Shown: positions 47,030 to 58,395, numbered from the stretch's first letter. The stretch: DNA of 64,000 nucleotides from Bacillota bacterium (GCA_023416855.1 JAEZGU010000316.1:83270-147269), one strand, 5' to 3'. The notes: generated from the letters alone by a model not told the origin. Translations and numbers: made by a program.

Positions 47030-48842
47030 TATTACTAATTATCAAGGTGATTATTACAGACATGCTAGGTCATCAAATCCATCAATTCAACCAAAGCAAA
47101 TGACATCAAAAACAAGAGATGAATTATGGGAAAATAATGTTATTGATTGGGTTACATTTTATAGAAGAAATATACATAGATTTATTGAACATTATTTTCA
47201 AATAAAGCTTCATTTGTATCAAATATTGTGGATATATTTTATGTCTATTTGTGATAGTTTTGTAACAATAGCATCAAGAGCAAGTGCAAAATCGTGGTTA
47301 ATAGCTCTTTTAGCGTGTGCTAGGGCTGTACTTTATCCAAATAGTGAAATTGTAATAGTTGCTAAAACTAAAAAACAAGCAGGTATAATATTTGGTAAAA
47401 TTGATAGTTTAAGAAAAGACTCCCCAAATCTTAATAGAGAAATAAGTTATTTCAAAAACTCTCAAAATGATAGAATTTGTAATTTTTATAATGCTTCCAA
47501 AATTGTTGCAGTTATATGTGATGACGGAGGCAGAGGTGAAAGGTCATGTTTTACGATAGGTGAGGAATTCCGTATAATGGACAAAGTTAAATATGATGAA
47601 ATTGTAAGACCTTTTGCTATTGCAAGGCAAACTCCATATACAAAAATACAAAAATATTCTCATCTTATTGAAGAACCAAAAGAAATTCTTATAACATCAG
47701 CATATTACAAAACTTTATGGTGGTATGGTGAAATGGAAGAAAATATAAAACTTATGCTTAATGGTGAAAAGGCAGGAGTTATATATTTTGATTATCCTGT
47801 AGCAATAAGACATGGTATAAAAACTAAAAAATTAATAGCTAAAGATAAGTTAAAAATGGATGCTATATCTTTTCAACAAGAATATGAAAATATCCCATTT
47901 GGCGAAAATGGAGATGCATATTTTAAATTAGAATTGTTTACTAAAAACAGAAGTATTAAAAAGATGTTTTATCCACTAAATAATTATGATGTAGAAAATT
48001 TTAAAAATAATAGAAATCCATATAAAATTAAAAGAATTGATGGTGAAATAAGAGTTGTATCTGTAGATATAGCTACTCGTAAAGGTGAGGCAAATGATAA
48101 TACGATAATGACTTGTATAAGAGCTTTGCCAACAGCTAAAGGATATGAGAGAGAATATGTTTATATGGAAAGTCATCAAGGAGAACATACTGGGAAACAA
48201 GCATTAAGAATAAAACAAATATATAATGATTTTGAAGCAGATTATATAGTTCTTGACCTCCAACAAGCAGGTATTGCAATATTTGAAAGATTAGCAGTTG
48301 TGACAAAAGATGAGGAAAGAGGTATAGAATACGAAGCTTACAGTGTAATGGAACATAAAAGCTTGGATAAATCATTAATAGAAGAATTAAAAGAAAAAAC
48401 ATTATCTTCTAAATTTAAGCCTGTAATATACCCTATACGTGGTAGTTTATCATTAAATAGTGCAATCGCTGTGGATTTTAGAGATAAATTACAAAGTAAG
48501 ATGATATCAATTCCAGTTGATGCAATAGATGGTGAAGAATATCTTAATAAAATAGATAAAGAATTTAGAGAAACAGATGATTTAATTTATAAGTTAAAAT
48601 TTATTGAACCATATATGCAATTTGAATTAATGATAAATGAATCCATAAATTTAACATTTACTGTAGTGGGTGGTAATATAAGACTAGAAGAAGAAAAAGG
48701 TGCAATGAAAGATAGATATAGTAGCTGTAGTTATGGGAGTTATTTTATATCTCTTTTGGAAAAAGATTTATTAAAACCTCAACAATCTATGGATTTATCT
48801 CAAATTAAGTCTTGTGTATCAAGCTTAAATATTCAATTATAA
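47022..48842 (+). CDS. terL: terminase large subunit (YonF-like)
   Basis: ASRASAKSW Walker A, GEEFR Walker B, ITSA, FQQEY, VSVDIA, KDRYSS. Confidence 0.88.
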   Translation: MSNITNYQGDYYRHARSSNPSIQPKQMTSKTRDELWENNVIDWVTFYRRNIHRFIEHYFQIKLHLYQILWIYFMSICDSFVTIASRASAKSWLIALLACARAVLYPNSEIVIVAKTKKQAGIIFGKIDSLRKDSPNLNREISYFKNSQNDRICNFYNASKIVAVICDDGGRGERSCFTIGEEFRIMDKVKYDEIVRPFAIARQTPYTKIQKYSHLIEEPKEILITSAYYKTLWWYGEMEENIKLMLNGEKAGVIYFDYPVAIRHGIKTKKLIAKDKLKMDAISFQQEYENIPFGENGDAYFKLELFTKNRSIKKMFYPLNNYDVENFKNNRNPYKIKRIDGEIRVVSVDIATRKGEANDNTIMTCIRALPTAKGYEREYVYMESHQGEHTGKQALRIKQIYNDFEADYIVLDLQQAGIAIFERLAVVTKDEERGIEYEAYSVMEHKSLDKSLIEELKEKTLSSKFKPVIYPIRGSLSLNSAIAVDFRDKLQSKMISIPVDAIDGEEYLNKIDKEFRETDDLIYKLKFIEPYMQFELMINESINLTFTVVGGNIRLEEEKGAMKDRYSSCSYGSYFISLLEKDLLKPQQSMDLSQIKSCVSSLNIQL

Positions 48843-48880
48843 TATAAATTTTAAACTAATCAGAAAGTTGGTGATAATTA

Positions 48881-50470
48881 TTGGAGGACACAAAAATAGA
48901 TAAAATTGATGATAATACCTATGTAATTACTTCACAAAAAAATGCACAAGAAGCTTTAGAAAAAGCAATGTATGATTATAAAAATAAGGATAACTTTAGG
49001 TCTACATATTTTAATGAAACAGGAAGCCCTATAAAATTTTCTATAGATGACATAGATACTTTGGCTTTGAATTCACAAGCTGATATAAAAAAAATTATTC
49101 AAATAAATAATATAATCAGATTCTTTATAAATAAGAATGATATTCTTGGTAAAGTTTACGAGGCAATTGAAACAAATGTAAATCCAGAAATTCAATTGAT
49201 TTATAATGATATTTCTGATGAGGATAAAGAAGTTATAGAAACAGTTGGTAAAATAATATCCGAATTTAATGAAAAAATTGACATTGATAAACTAATTGTA
49301 GATTCTATACCTATGGCTTACTTGGAAGGCAATTACATATTTTATTTAAGAAAAGACTCCAAAAAATCTAAATATCAGATAGATTATTACCCTCTTGGAG
49401 TAGCTGAAATTGCCGATTATAACGAAGGTGGCGAGCCATATGTTTGGATAAATATTAATGAGTTGACTAGTAGGCTGAATAAAATTTATAGGAAAAATAA
49501 AAAGAACCAACCGTATTTTTATAAGGATATTAATGAAGAAATAAAAGCCACATATCCATCAGAAGTGTACAAAGCATATGAAAATCGTGAGCAATATGCG
49601 AAGTTAGATATTCAAAATTCAGGAGTAATAAGAATAAATAATTTGAAAAGAAAATACGGTTTATCACCTATTTTTAAATCATTAAAACCAGTAATACGAT
49701 TGGAAAATATTGAATTATCTGATGATAAGAATACTTTGGTTAGAGGTAAGAAAATAATCTTTCAAAAACTAGCTAAAGAACTCATTATGTCAGACAAAAA
49801 CACCACAAATATAAACTGGTATGATGCACAAGCAAAAGCACATACAGACTTAATGCTTTCTTTAAGTGCTTCTGGTACTAGTGTTTATACAGGCTTGCCT
49901 TGGACAGAAGAAGTTAAATATATTGAACCGACACTTGAAAGAACAAATGTTCAAAATAAAAATCAATTAAGAAATGAAATAATGACTAGTGTAGGAATAA
50001 GTTATCTTAGTGTTGATAAAGGTAGTTTTGGTGCTGCACAGGTCAGTATAACTGAATTGATGAAACTTATAAATAAAATAAGTTTACAGCTTGAAAAAAT
50101 ACTCTATAAATTCTATCAAGGTGTCTTGATTGATAATGGAATTGATATCAAGTATTGCCCAAAGGTAAAGGTTATAGATTCAGAAAAATTATCTGCTGAA
50201 TTGTCAATGCAATTAGCACGTATGCTTTACTCAGAGTTAAATGCTAGTTTAAAATCTGTTTATTCGGTTTTAGGATATGATATTGAAACAGAAGCCAAGC
50301 AAAGAAAAGAAGAAAATGAATTAGGCTATGATAAAATATTTAAACCAAGAATGACAGCATTTACTAATAATGGAGATAATGGGGCGGATACTGGCGGAAA
50401 ACCCAAATCAAATAAAGATAAAACCAGACAAGAGTATGATGATGATTATAATCAGAATGTGAGGACATAA
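48881..50470 (+). CDS. portal protein (YonE-like)
   Basis: follows terminase; KYGLSPIF motif; size. Confidence 0.8.
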   Translation: MEDTKIDKIDDNTYVITSQKNAQEALEKAMYDYKNKDNFRSTYFNETGSPIKFSIDDIDTLALNSQADIKKIIQINNIIRFFINKNDILGKVYEAIETNVNPEIQLIYNDISDEDKEVIETVGKIISEFNEKIDIDKLIVDSIPMAYLEGNYIFYLRKDSKKSKYQIDYYPLGVAEIADYNEGGEPYVWININELTSRLNKIYRKNKKNQPYFYKDINEEIKATYPSEVYKAYENREQYAKLDIQNSGVIRINNLKRKYGLSPIFKSLKPVIRLENIELSDDKNTLVRGKKIIFQKLAKELIMSDKNTTNINWYDAQAKAHTDLMLSLSASGTSVYTGLPWTEEVKYIEPTLERTNVQNKNQLRNEIMTSVGISYLSVDKGSFGAAQVSITELMKLINKISLQLEKILYKFYQGVLIDNGIDIKYCPKVKVIDSEKLSAELSMQLARMLYSELNASLKSVYSVLGYDIETEAKQRKEENELGYDKIFKPRMTAFTNNGDNGADTGGKPKSNKDKTRQEYDDDYNQNVRT

Positions 50471-50632
50471 ATGCATACTATTAATATAAAATGTCCATTT
50501 TGTCCAAGTTATATTAAAGTAAATCTCAATCAAAATTTTGAAATAGAGTCTATTGAGTGTGATGAGGAAATAGTTGTATCAGATGATGAGATTCAAAAAA
50601 TATTAATTGAAAACGGGATAGAGTTCGGTTAA
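50471..50632 (+). CDS. small zinc-binding protein (53 aa, not in ORF track)
   Basis: MHTINIKCPFCP...; GAGG SD; abuts portal stop. Confidence 0.55.
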   Translation: MHTINIKCPFCPSYIKVNLNQNFEIESIECDEEIVVSDDEIQKILIENGIEFG

Positions 50633-50670
50633 TACTTCTATCCCGTTTCATTATAAAAGGTGGTGAAATT

Positions 50671-52188
50671 TTGAACGAAATTATAAAAATAAATGGTAGT
50701 TTGGTATCTTTGTCTGAAAGTGAAGATAAAACATGTCTTGAAGGAAAGTTTTTAATTTGTCCGCTTGATGTAGCTAACGCAAATGGTGTTGGCTTGAAAG
50801 AAAATGACTTAACTGATGATGAGAAAGCTGGCTTAACAAACCAACCTGTAGTTTGTAAGGTTATAAAGAATAACAAAGGTGAGTATGACTTTACTGGTCA
50901 TAACATGAAGATTAGTTTTATAAAAGATGCAGATGGTAAAAAAATAAAAAAATATGAATTTGATACATCGCCTATTGGTTTTCACACATCAGCTACAGTT
51001 GAAGAAATTGAGATTGATGGTGAGAAAAAGAACTGTATTGTTGCGAGAGCTAAGATATGGAAAAGATATGACAAAGCTATTTCTGCTTTAAATAGAATTC
51101 TTGAATTAAAGAAAGAGATAAAGACAAGTTGGGAAATTTCTTATGCAAATAGTTATGAAGAAAATGGTGTAAAGTGGTTAAAAGACATAATATGGCTTGG
51201 TAACTGTGTTCTTGGAGAATTTGTAACACCTGCTTATAAAGATGCAGGTATGCTAGAAGTTGCAGAAGAAAACGATGAAATTCAACTAGTAATGGCTTTT
51301 ACAGAAGATTTAGTTAATGAAGAAGCCAAAAAAGAAGTATCCCAAATAGATGAAGAGTCTATTTTAGATATAGATATAAATATAAATGAAGGAGGTAATA
51401 AAGATATGCATAAAGAAGGTCAGAGTGCTATAGAGAACTCTTCTTTGACAGATAATGATTTATACACAAAGGTACGAAGGGCAATAAATAGTACTGATAA
51501 TAGTAAATGGTATTATATTTCTGTATTATACCCCCTAGAATATAGGGCGGTAGCTTATACATGGGATAGAGATAAGGACGAAGATTTTGTAGAATTCAGT
51601 TATTCTGTAAATAGTGATGAAACTATAAGTATTAATTCTCAGAAGGATGTTAAGATGGTGTTTGTTGAAAAGACTCAGATTGATAATCAAATTTCCGAAA
51701 TAAATAATAATCTAACAAATACTGAGAAGGAACTAGCAGAAGCTGGCAAAGCTATAGCTGAACTTACTACTGAAAAAGAAAATCTCACAATTCAAATTTC
51801 AGAACTTGAACCTTATAAGGAAAAAGTATTAGAAATGGAAAAAGCTGAATTAGAAAGACAATTAGCTGAGAAAAAGGAATGTTTGAAAAAGTTTGCACTT
51901 GAAGACAATTTGATTGAGGAATCCGAATTGGAAACTGACGAAAAATTATCTACAATATTCGCAGAACTAACTCTTGAAAATTTAGAAAATAGCCAAGAGA
52001 AAATTGAGCTAATAAAGGGCAGGAAAGCTCTACATAAATTTAAAGAAAACAAAGAAGTTTCACAGAAAGAAATAGAAACTTCTGAAACAAAAAGTAAGTC
52101 ACAAGAAGTAAAAACAGACTTAAACAATGGTGAAGAGAATGTTATGTTGTCTGCTTTAGACATCGTAAAAAGTTATCTAAAAAAATAA
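50671..52188 (+). CDS. prohead protease/scaffold fusion (YonD-like)
   Basis: NANG, GH, TSWEI, GNCVLG..PAY; acidic coiled-coil C-terminus. Confidence 0.75.
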   Translation: MNEIIKINGSLVSLSESEDKTCLEGKFLICPLDVANANGVGLKENDLTDDEKAGLTNQPVVCKVIKNNKGEYDFTGHNMKISFIKDADGKKIKKYEFDTSPIGFHTSATVEEIEIDGEKKNCIVARAKIWKRYDKAISALNRILELKKEIKTSWEISYANSYEENGVKWLKDIIWLGNCVLGEFVTPAYKDAGMLEVAEENDEIQLVMAFTEDLVNEEAKKEVSQIDEESILDIDININEGGNKDMHKEGQSAIENSSLTDNDLYTKVRRAINSTDNSKWYYISVLYPLEYRAVAYTWDRDKDEDFVEFSYSVNSDETISINSQKDVKMVFVEKTQIDNQISEINNNLTNTEKELAEAGKAIAELTTEKENLTIQISELEPYKEKVLEMEKAELERQLAEKKECLKKFALEDNLIEESELETDEKLSTIFAELTLENLENSQEKIELIKGRKALHKFKENKEVSQKEIETSETKSKSQEVKTDLNNGEENVMLSALDIVKSYLKK

Positions 52189-52202
52189 GGGAGGATTTTG
52201 AT

Positions 52203-52658
52203 ATGCTAAGAAATATTATATCTGGTAGCAGTACAAGTGAGATTTATAAAGTTGGTGCAGATATGAATCGTGGAACAATTTGTACTAAGAATTTTACTAC
52301 TAAAGTTGCAGGTAAGGCTGATGGTGTTGGAGTAGAAACTTATTTTGTGGATTTTGATGCAGTTCCAACAGGGTATCAGTCAGATATGGAAATATCTGAA
52401 TATAATATGGATGTTGTTAAAGCTAACACTCTTGCAGTATTAAAGAAACTTGTTTCTGGTACATGGGCAACAGACCAAGTTGATTCAACAGGTTTGTCTG
52501 CTGGAGATTATCTAGTTGCAGGGTCAACTACAAATACTGGTAAATTAATTAAAGCTACTTCAGGTAAAGTATCACCATATAGATATGTTGGTACATATGA
52601 CGATACTGGTCATACATTGTATGCATTTGAAGTTGTAGAGCCTAAGACGATTGCTTAA
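52203..52658 (+). CDS. head decoration/cement protein
   Basis: between protease and capsid; small beta-rich. Confidence 0.6.
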   Translation: MLRNIISGSSTSEIYKVGADMNRGTICTKNFTTKVAGKADGVGVETYFVDFDAVPTGYQSDMEISEYNMDVVKANTLAVLKKLVSGTWATDQVDSTGLSAGDYLVAGSTTNTGKLIKATSGKVSPYRYVGTYDDTGHTLYAFEVVEPKTIA

Positions 52659-52688
52659 TAGTAAAATAATTATAAGGAGGATTTTAAT

Positions 52689-53696
52689 ATGTCTAAATTG
52701 TTATACACACCTGAAGTTGCCAGTGCATTTCAGGAAACTAATATTATAGAACTTTCAGAAAAAGCAAAAGCTAATACACTTGTTGCCGAAGACAAAGAAG
52801 TTATAGATATTCTTGATAATTTCGCAAAAGAAGTTGGTAAGTCAGGCAAATCAAGTGAAAATACAACTATCGTTTCTGAGTTAATTAAAAAGACAGTTGA
52901 ACCTATGGTATTCAATCCTGATACTTCTATACTTGGAAATGTATTTGATATGGGTTCAATAGGCGAATTTGATGAAACAGCATTTACTGGATTGCCTAAA
53001 AATACCATAAAAGTATATGATGCTGTAAGAGGAGGTAATGTACCTAAATCATATGTAGACCCTACCCTGTTTACACCAGTAAAGTTTGCTTTACAGGCTG
53101 AAACTGAATTGGATTATTCTGATTTAAGAAGGAATGGTTGGAAGTCTATCGCTAAAATGGCTGATTTAACTAGAGAATCTTTTGAACAGGAAATGTTTTA
53201 TAGATTATTCAATGGAATAGATACTGCCCTTGATGCTATTACTGGAGACCAAAACATAGATTCTGGTTCAGCACTTACTCAGACAAATATGGATACATTT
53301 ACTAGATATCTTAGAGATATGAGTGAAGGAAACGCATTTGCAGTTGGTCTTAGCAAATACATAGACCCCGTTTCAAGAATGACTGGATATGAAAAGTATC
53401 TTAGTGACGAATTGAAAAATGAGTTGAATAGATTTGGTAGACTTGCAATGTATGATGGTATTATGTTATCTTCAATTCCTACTGCAAAGAAGACTACTTC
53501 TGGAAAAACTCTTGTTCCTGATAAGAGAATATTCGGTATTGCTGGTAAGATAGGTGAGATGGATATTCGTGGAGAAATGAGACAGTATGAAACATATGAT
53601 AATGATGCAGAAAAGGTTAAATTGAAGTTTACTGGTTTTGAAGTAGATTATACAATTTATTACCTTGATAAAATAGCAAAAATTAAGTTTGCTTAA
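52689..53696 (+). CDS. major capsid protein
   Basis: position, 335 aa, RGGNVPKS motif, strong SD, followed by terminator. Confidence 0.8.
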   Translation: MSKLLYTPEVASAFQETNIIELSEKAKANTLVAEDKEVIDILDNFAKEVGKSGKSSENTTIVSELIKKTVEPMVFNPDTSILGNVFDMGSIGEFDETAFTGLPKNTIKVYDAVRGGNVPKSYVDPTLFTPVKFALQAETELDYSDLRRNGWKSIAKMADLTRESFEQEMFYRLFNGIDTALDAITGDQNIDSGSALTQTNMDTFTRYLRDMSEGNAFAVGLSKYIDPVSRMTGYEKYLSDELKNELNRFGRLAMYDGIMLSSIPTAKKTTSGKTLVPDKRIFGIAGKIGEMDIRGEMRQYETYDNDAEKVKLKFTGFEVDYTIYYLDKIAKIKFA

Positions 53697-53714
53697 GTAT
53701 TAATATAATAGTTA

Positions 53715-53743
53715 GGTAGGGGAGTAAAATTAACTCCCCTACC
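53715..53743 (+). terminator. terminator hairpin after capsid gene
   Basis: GGTAGGGGAGT-loop-ACTCCCCTACC. Confidence 0.75.
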
Positions 53744-53780
53744 CTATTATAATTTTAAACCGAAAGGAAGAAATTAAAAT

Positions 53781-54548
53781 ATGGATTTATTAAATGGAAA
53801 AGTAAGGTTATTTAATTATGAAAAATCACCTATAGGATTTCCTAGTCAAATAAATCAGCAAGGAATATTTGTTCGTGGTAGAGATGAAGACGAAGAATGT
53901 GTAGTAGAAAGAGTTCTTTGGGATGACATTGAAATAGAAAATACAAAGTCAGATATTTTCAAGATAGGAAGATTAAGATTTCACCCATCTGAAGAAGACG
54001 AAATTTATAAGAAACTTGGTATTGAAGATAGAGAAAATATTTTGAATGATAATGAAATAGTAGGCTTATTAAAAGATGATTCTTTAGAAAATCTTAAAAG
54101 AATTAATAGGATTAAATCAACAATGTTGATGTCAAGATTAAAACAAATGCTATTTGTTATGGAAAGAGGAAATCAAATACCTCCACATAATGTAACAACT
54201 GTTTTGCTTGAACATTATGAAGAATTAAAAAGTGGAAGAAAGAATGATAATTCATTTATAAATAAACTTGTATCTGATGAAAGTAAAAATAAAGAAGATA
54301 GTAAACTTAAAGAAACTTTAACTCGGCTAACACAAGAAATTGAGATACTAAAGTCAGAGAAGGAAAATTCAGATAAAGAGAAAGAAGATTCTAAAACTGC
54401 ACTGTCTGATTTATTAAAAATGGTACAGGATTTAAAGGCAGAAAATGAAATATTAAAAAGCAAAAGTGCAGAAACGGTAACTGAGGTTAATAATTCAGAA
54501 CCCATAGAAGCACAAGCAAAAAAAGCTGGTAGACCAAAAAACTCATAG
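53781..54548 (+). CDS. coiled-coil head-associated protein (YonA-like)
   Basis: post-capsid position; C-terminal KKAGRPK. Confidence 0.65.
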   Translation: MDLLNGKVRLFNYEKSPIGFPSQINQQGIFVRGRDEDEECVVERVLWDDIEIENTKSDIFKIGRLRFHPSEEDEIYKKLGIEDRENILNDNEIVGLLKDDSLENLKRINRIKSTMLMSRLKQMLFVMERGNQIPPHNVTTVLLEHYEELKSGRKNDNSFINKLVSDESKNKEDSKLKETLTRLTQEIEILKSEKENSDKEKEDSKTALSDLLKMVQDLKAENEILKSKSAETVTEVNNSEPIEAQAKKAGRPKNS

Positions 54549-54564
54549 AATGGAGGTGGTTTAA

Positions 54565-55044
54565 ATGGCTACCTCCTATGAATCAATAATTTTTAAAAAG
54601 TTTTACAAAAGGCTTGTGAATGATAAGCAATTCTTCAATTATCAAGGATTGACAGAGGAACAAGTTCAATTATTAGTTCAAGATCATACTTTAGACTTAT
54701 TAAATCAGGCTATAGATGAAATTTATAAATTTGGCAAACCTGATGTTGATTTTTATGATAAAGATGATGTATTACTACAATTTAATTTTGACCTAATTCC
54801 TCAAGAGATTTCTCTCTTTGTTGATTTAATGTATCAAAAGTATTTTGAGGAAGACAGAAACAAATTAAAGGTTTTTGGTCTAACATTTACAAGTAGTGAA
54901 CTTAATGTTATTTCTCCAGCAAATGAGCGTAAAACTTTTTTAGAAATGCTTGATAAACTTGAAAAGAAAAATGTTAATACAATTAAAGATTATCTAAGCA
55001 GAGACAGGAAGACTTGGAGAATCAAAAGTATTTACAATTCATAA
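54565..55044 (+). CDS. probable head-tail adaptor
   Basis: MATSYESI..FNFDL..EI..FTSSEL..SPAN pattern; position. Confidence 0.6.
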   Translation: MATSYESIIFKKFYKRLVNDKQFFNYQGLTEEQVQLLVQDHTLDLLNQAIDEIYKFGKPDVDFYDKDDVLLQFNFDLIPQEISLFVDLMYQKYFEEDRNKLKVFGLTFTSSELNVISPANERKTFLEMLDKLEKKNVNTIKDYLSRDRKTWRIKSIYNS

Positions 55045-55053
55045 AGAATCGAG

Positions 55054-56361
55054 GTGATTATCATATCTATAGACCTAACATATTTTATTAATTATACGAG
55101 AACCAACATGTCTAGTACTGATACACAAAAGTTGATAGAAGATTATAACAACAATTATAGTAATGCAATATCATCTTTTGATATTTTGATAAATTCTGAT
55201 AGAGCTGACACAATTTATAAAGATTCCATTCCCTATAAATGTATAGCTGATTATGGCAAAAATAAAAAAAGTATTTCTGAAACCAAATACTCTACAATTG
55301 AAATTAAAACAAAACATACAGATAATTTCCATGTAGGTGATATTATTCAGTATGAAAGTAAAGTTTCTAAAGAATTGGCTTACTATATATTGGTAAATGT
55401 AAAAGAAACTGTAGATGGATATGATATATCAACTATTCAGAAATGTAATAACACATTAAAATTTTACAATAAAAATAATGTTTTATCAACAAATGAACCT
55501 TTTGAGATTCCTTGTATTATATCTGATGGAACAATTAGTGACGATAAGAATAATTATATGACTTTGCCTGACAATCAAATTATAGTGAGATGTACTAACA
55601 ATACTGATACAGAATATTTATACCAAGGGCAAAGATTTATTCTGGGTAAAAAGGTTTATAAAATTGTATCAGAACCTCAAGATTTAGTGGAAGTTGGGCT
55701 TCTTAAAATTAAAATGGAATGGACTGAAAAAGATTCTAGAGATGATTTCGTAACAGGAATAGCTTGGAATGAAGGTGTAATCTTTCATAACTATTCAATA
55801 AAAATCTTAAATACTGAACCTTTATATCTTAATTTGGGACAAAGACCTACAATTTCTGTTGAAGTTAAAGACAATGAATTAATTATACCTTCCCCTTCTT
55901 TACTATACGAAGTTTCAGATGATACTATTTTGACTATAACAAATGGTGAAATAACTCCTTTGAAAATAGGTGTTTGTACAATAACAGTAAAATTAAGTGA
56001 GGATATATCCGTTTATGACACAATAGAAGTTCATGTCGAAGTAATAGCACAAAATAATTACGTTGTTGAATTTATTAATGGATTGCCTACCTACATATAT
56101 AAAAATAAATCGTCCGAATTCAGTTGTATGTTTAGAAATAATGGCGAAGTAATTTCAAAACAATCACAATATTATATTACAGCAGATGATGGTATATCCC
56201 CTACTTCTTTAGCCACAATTACAAGTCAAAATGCAGTTTCGAATACCTGTTTAATTACAGCAGGTAACACATCAGGATATATTAAGTTATGGGTAAAAAG
56301 TTCTGATGATATAATTGTTTGTGCAAATCCGCTTAGAATCCAAATTAAATCTCTGATTTAA
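55054..56361 (+). CDS. probable head-closure protein with Ig-like domains
   Basis: GDII, IQKCNNTLKF, EIPCII, GQRFIL; Big_2-like YEVSDDTILTITNGEIT..G. Confidence 0.6.
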   Translation: MIIISIDLTYFINYTRTNMSSTDTQKLIEDYNNNYSNAISSFDILINSDRADTIYKDSIPYKCIADYGKNKKSISETKYSTIEIKTKHTDNFHVGDIIQYESKVSKELAYYILVNVKETVDGYDISTIQKCNNTLKFYNKNNVLSTNEPFEIPCIISDGTISDDKNNYMTLPDNQIIVRCTNNTDTEYLYQGQRFILGKKVYKIVSEPQDLVEVGLLKIKMEWTEKDSRDDFVTGIAWNEGVIFHNYSIKILNTEPLYLNLGQRPTISVEVKDNELIIPSPSLLYEVSDDTILTITNGEITPLKIGVCTITVKLSEDISVYDTIEVHVEVIAQNNYVVEFINGLPTYIYKNKSSEFSCMFRNNGEVISKQSQYYITADDGISPTSLATITSQNAVSNTCLITAGNTSGYIKLWVKSSDDIIVCANPLRIQIKSLI

Positions 56362-56379
56362 AGTTAAGGAGTTGATTTA

Positions 56380-56889
56380 GTGTCAGAAAAAATTAGTTTA
56401 GTTGATATAGATAAAATACTTCCTAAAATTGCCGAGAAATTATTTGATATTCCAGACATATCAAAACTATTAAAATTTGATACTTCTGATGCTCTGTTAA
56501 AAGATATTTCACAAAAAGAGATTGAAGAAGTATTTAATCAAGATGATGGAAATATAAATTGTAGAATTTTTTATCGTCCATTTAATGATAAAACTATGTC
56601 TGAAAAAAGAGCAGAAATAAGAATGTACTTTCCCTCAATTAATCCACTGAATAATAATATCCTTGCTGATATAGTAGTTGGATTTGATATTGCCGTACAT
56701 AATGATATGTGGAAACTTGATGAGGATTTGATGCGTCCTGTTAAAATTTTGAAATTATTAACTATGAATTTAAATGGTCTGGATTTCGGTGGTGGGTATA
56801 ATCTTGTATTACAGGATAAATGTCAATTGGCAATATTTAATGATAATTTTACTGGATATCAATTTCGAATGAGAACTAAATCTAGGTAG
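56380..56889 (+). CDS. probable tail terminator/completion protein
   Basis: position; FDIAVHNDMW. Confidence 0.5.
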   Translation: MSEKISLVDIDKILPKIAEKLFDIPDISKLLKFDTSDALLKDISQKEIEEVFNQDDGNINCRIFYRPFNDKTMSEKRAEIRMYFPSINPLNNNILADIVVGFDIAVHNDMWKLDEDLMRPVKILKLLTMNLNGLDFGGGYNLVLQDKCQLAIFNDNFTGYQFRMRTKSR

Positions 56890-56896
56890 GTGGAAT

Positions 56897-57577
56897 ATGG
56901 ATAAATTAAAATTACTAGCTAATTTACCTATATATGTAGAGAATATTCCGATATATTCACCTCTTTTGAGGGATATTGCTATTTTAGGTAAAGAGCAATA
57001 TTCTGCTTGTTTATCAAGTTGCATTATTACTAAAGATAGTTTAATTGATAAAACATTTTGTTCTAATTGTAAGGATGATTTTGATGTACTTCTCAAATTA
57101 TGTTTAGAGAATAATTTAATGCCAAATCTAATTTATTCATTGTTTTATTTCACAAAGCTTCAATTTAATATTCAAAAAAGCAATAATGATATTGTGTTTA
57201 TATCTGAATCTGTCGAATTGAATAGATACAATTATAATTCACTCATTAAAGCAATTAAATATGTTAATTGCTTAGATACTTTTGAAGAAAGAGAATTAGA
57301 CGAATTCGATAGAAGATGTTTGGAAATGGAGCGAAAAATTCAACAACAACAGAACAATGATAGACCAGAGTTAGAAGATTTAATTTCTGCTGTAGCTAAT
57401 ATGGATGGTAATGGGTTAAATATAATAAACATATGGGATTTAAATATATATCAGTTTTACGAACAACTGCAAAGAGGTCAATTGAAAGAACAATACTATT
57501 TAGCTATAAAACAACTTCTAGCTGGTGCAAAACCAGAAGAAGTAAAAATAGAATCATATTTTAAGACAATAAAATAA
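56897..57577 (+). CDS. tail-module protein
   Basis: IYSPLLRDI..IWDLNIYQFY pattern typical before SPbeta-like tail tube genes. Confidence 0.55.
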   Translation: MDKLKLLANLPIYVENIPIYSPLLRDIAILGKEQYSACLSSCIITKDSLIDKTFCSNCKDDFDVLLKLCLENNLMPNLIYSLFYFTKLQFNIQKSNNDIVFISESVELNRYNYNSLIKAIKYVNCLDTFEERELDEFDRRCLEMERKIQQQQNNDRPELEDLISAVANMDGNGLNIINIWDLNIYQFYEQLQRGQLKEQYYLAIKQLLAGAKPEEVKIESYFKTIK

Positions 57578-57594
57578 TTATAGGAGGTAAAAAC

Positions 57595-58383
57595 ATGGCT
57601 ATAGGACAAAAGCAAGTATGGGCTAAAGTTTTAGACTTTACAATCCAAGATTACAATACAAGAAATGTATTAGCTCAGGTAAAATATGCTACAGATGCTA
57701 GTATTTCTGAAGCATATGAAAAGCTTGAAATTAAAGGTGGTAGTGATAATCAGATTCAGTATACAAATTATCATTCCCCTACTGCAAAATTTACTGCAAA
57801 CCTACCATTGATTGATGATAATATAATTGCAATCAAAACTGGTGCAACAAATACAGCTGGTGCGCAAATGAACTCATTTGAGGGTACATTTACGGTTGAC
57901 GCTACAGCAGGTACAATTACTTTACCTATTAGTAATATAATTGCTGGTACTTTAAAAGTGTATAATATTGATACAGATGATAATTTAGGAAGTGAAGTTA
58001 CACCTGTTGCTTCAGCACCAACTATTGAACAGTATTCAATAACTTCAAGCGTTTTGACATTCAATACTGCTAAAAAAGGCATGAGAATGTTAGCAGTTTG
58101 TGATTATACAACTGGAGCTACTGCAAATGGAGTTAAAATTATAAGTGGTAAATTACCTAAACTTATAAGAATAACTGCCAAGACCAAAGTAGAAGATAAG
58201 GCTGGTAACATTGCAATAAAAACAATCATAATTGAGAAAGCAAAGCCAGACCCTAATTTCGAATTTGCCACTTCTACAAATGCAGCTTCCCTTTCATTTG
58301 AATGTGAAGTATTTGGATGGACAAATGCTAGTGGAGATACCCAGTTCTTTAACTTGGTTACAGACCCAACATTAGCAGTATAA
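57595..58383 (+). CDS. major tail (tube) protein
   Basis: T/A/G-rich beta protein, strong SD, position. Confidence 0.7.
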   Translation: MAIGQKQVWAKVLDFTIQDYNTRNVLAQVKYATDASISEAYEKLEIKGGSDNQIQYTNYHSPTAKFTANLPLIDDNIIAIKTGATNTAGAQMNSFEGTFTVDATAGTITLPISNIIAGTLKVYNIDTDDNLGSEVTPVASAPTIEQYSITSSVLTFNTAKKGMRMLAVCDYTTGATANGVKIISGKLPKLIRITAKTKVEDKAGNIAIKTIIIEKAKPDPNFEFATSTNAASLSFECEVFGWTNASGDTQFFNLVTDPTLAV

Positions 58384-58395
58384 TGAGGTGATATA

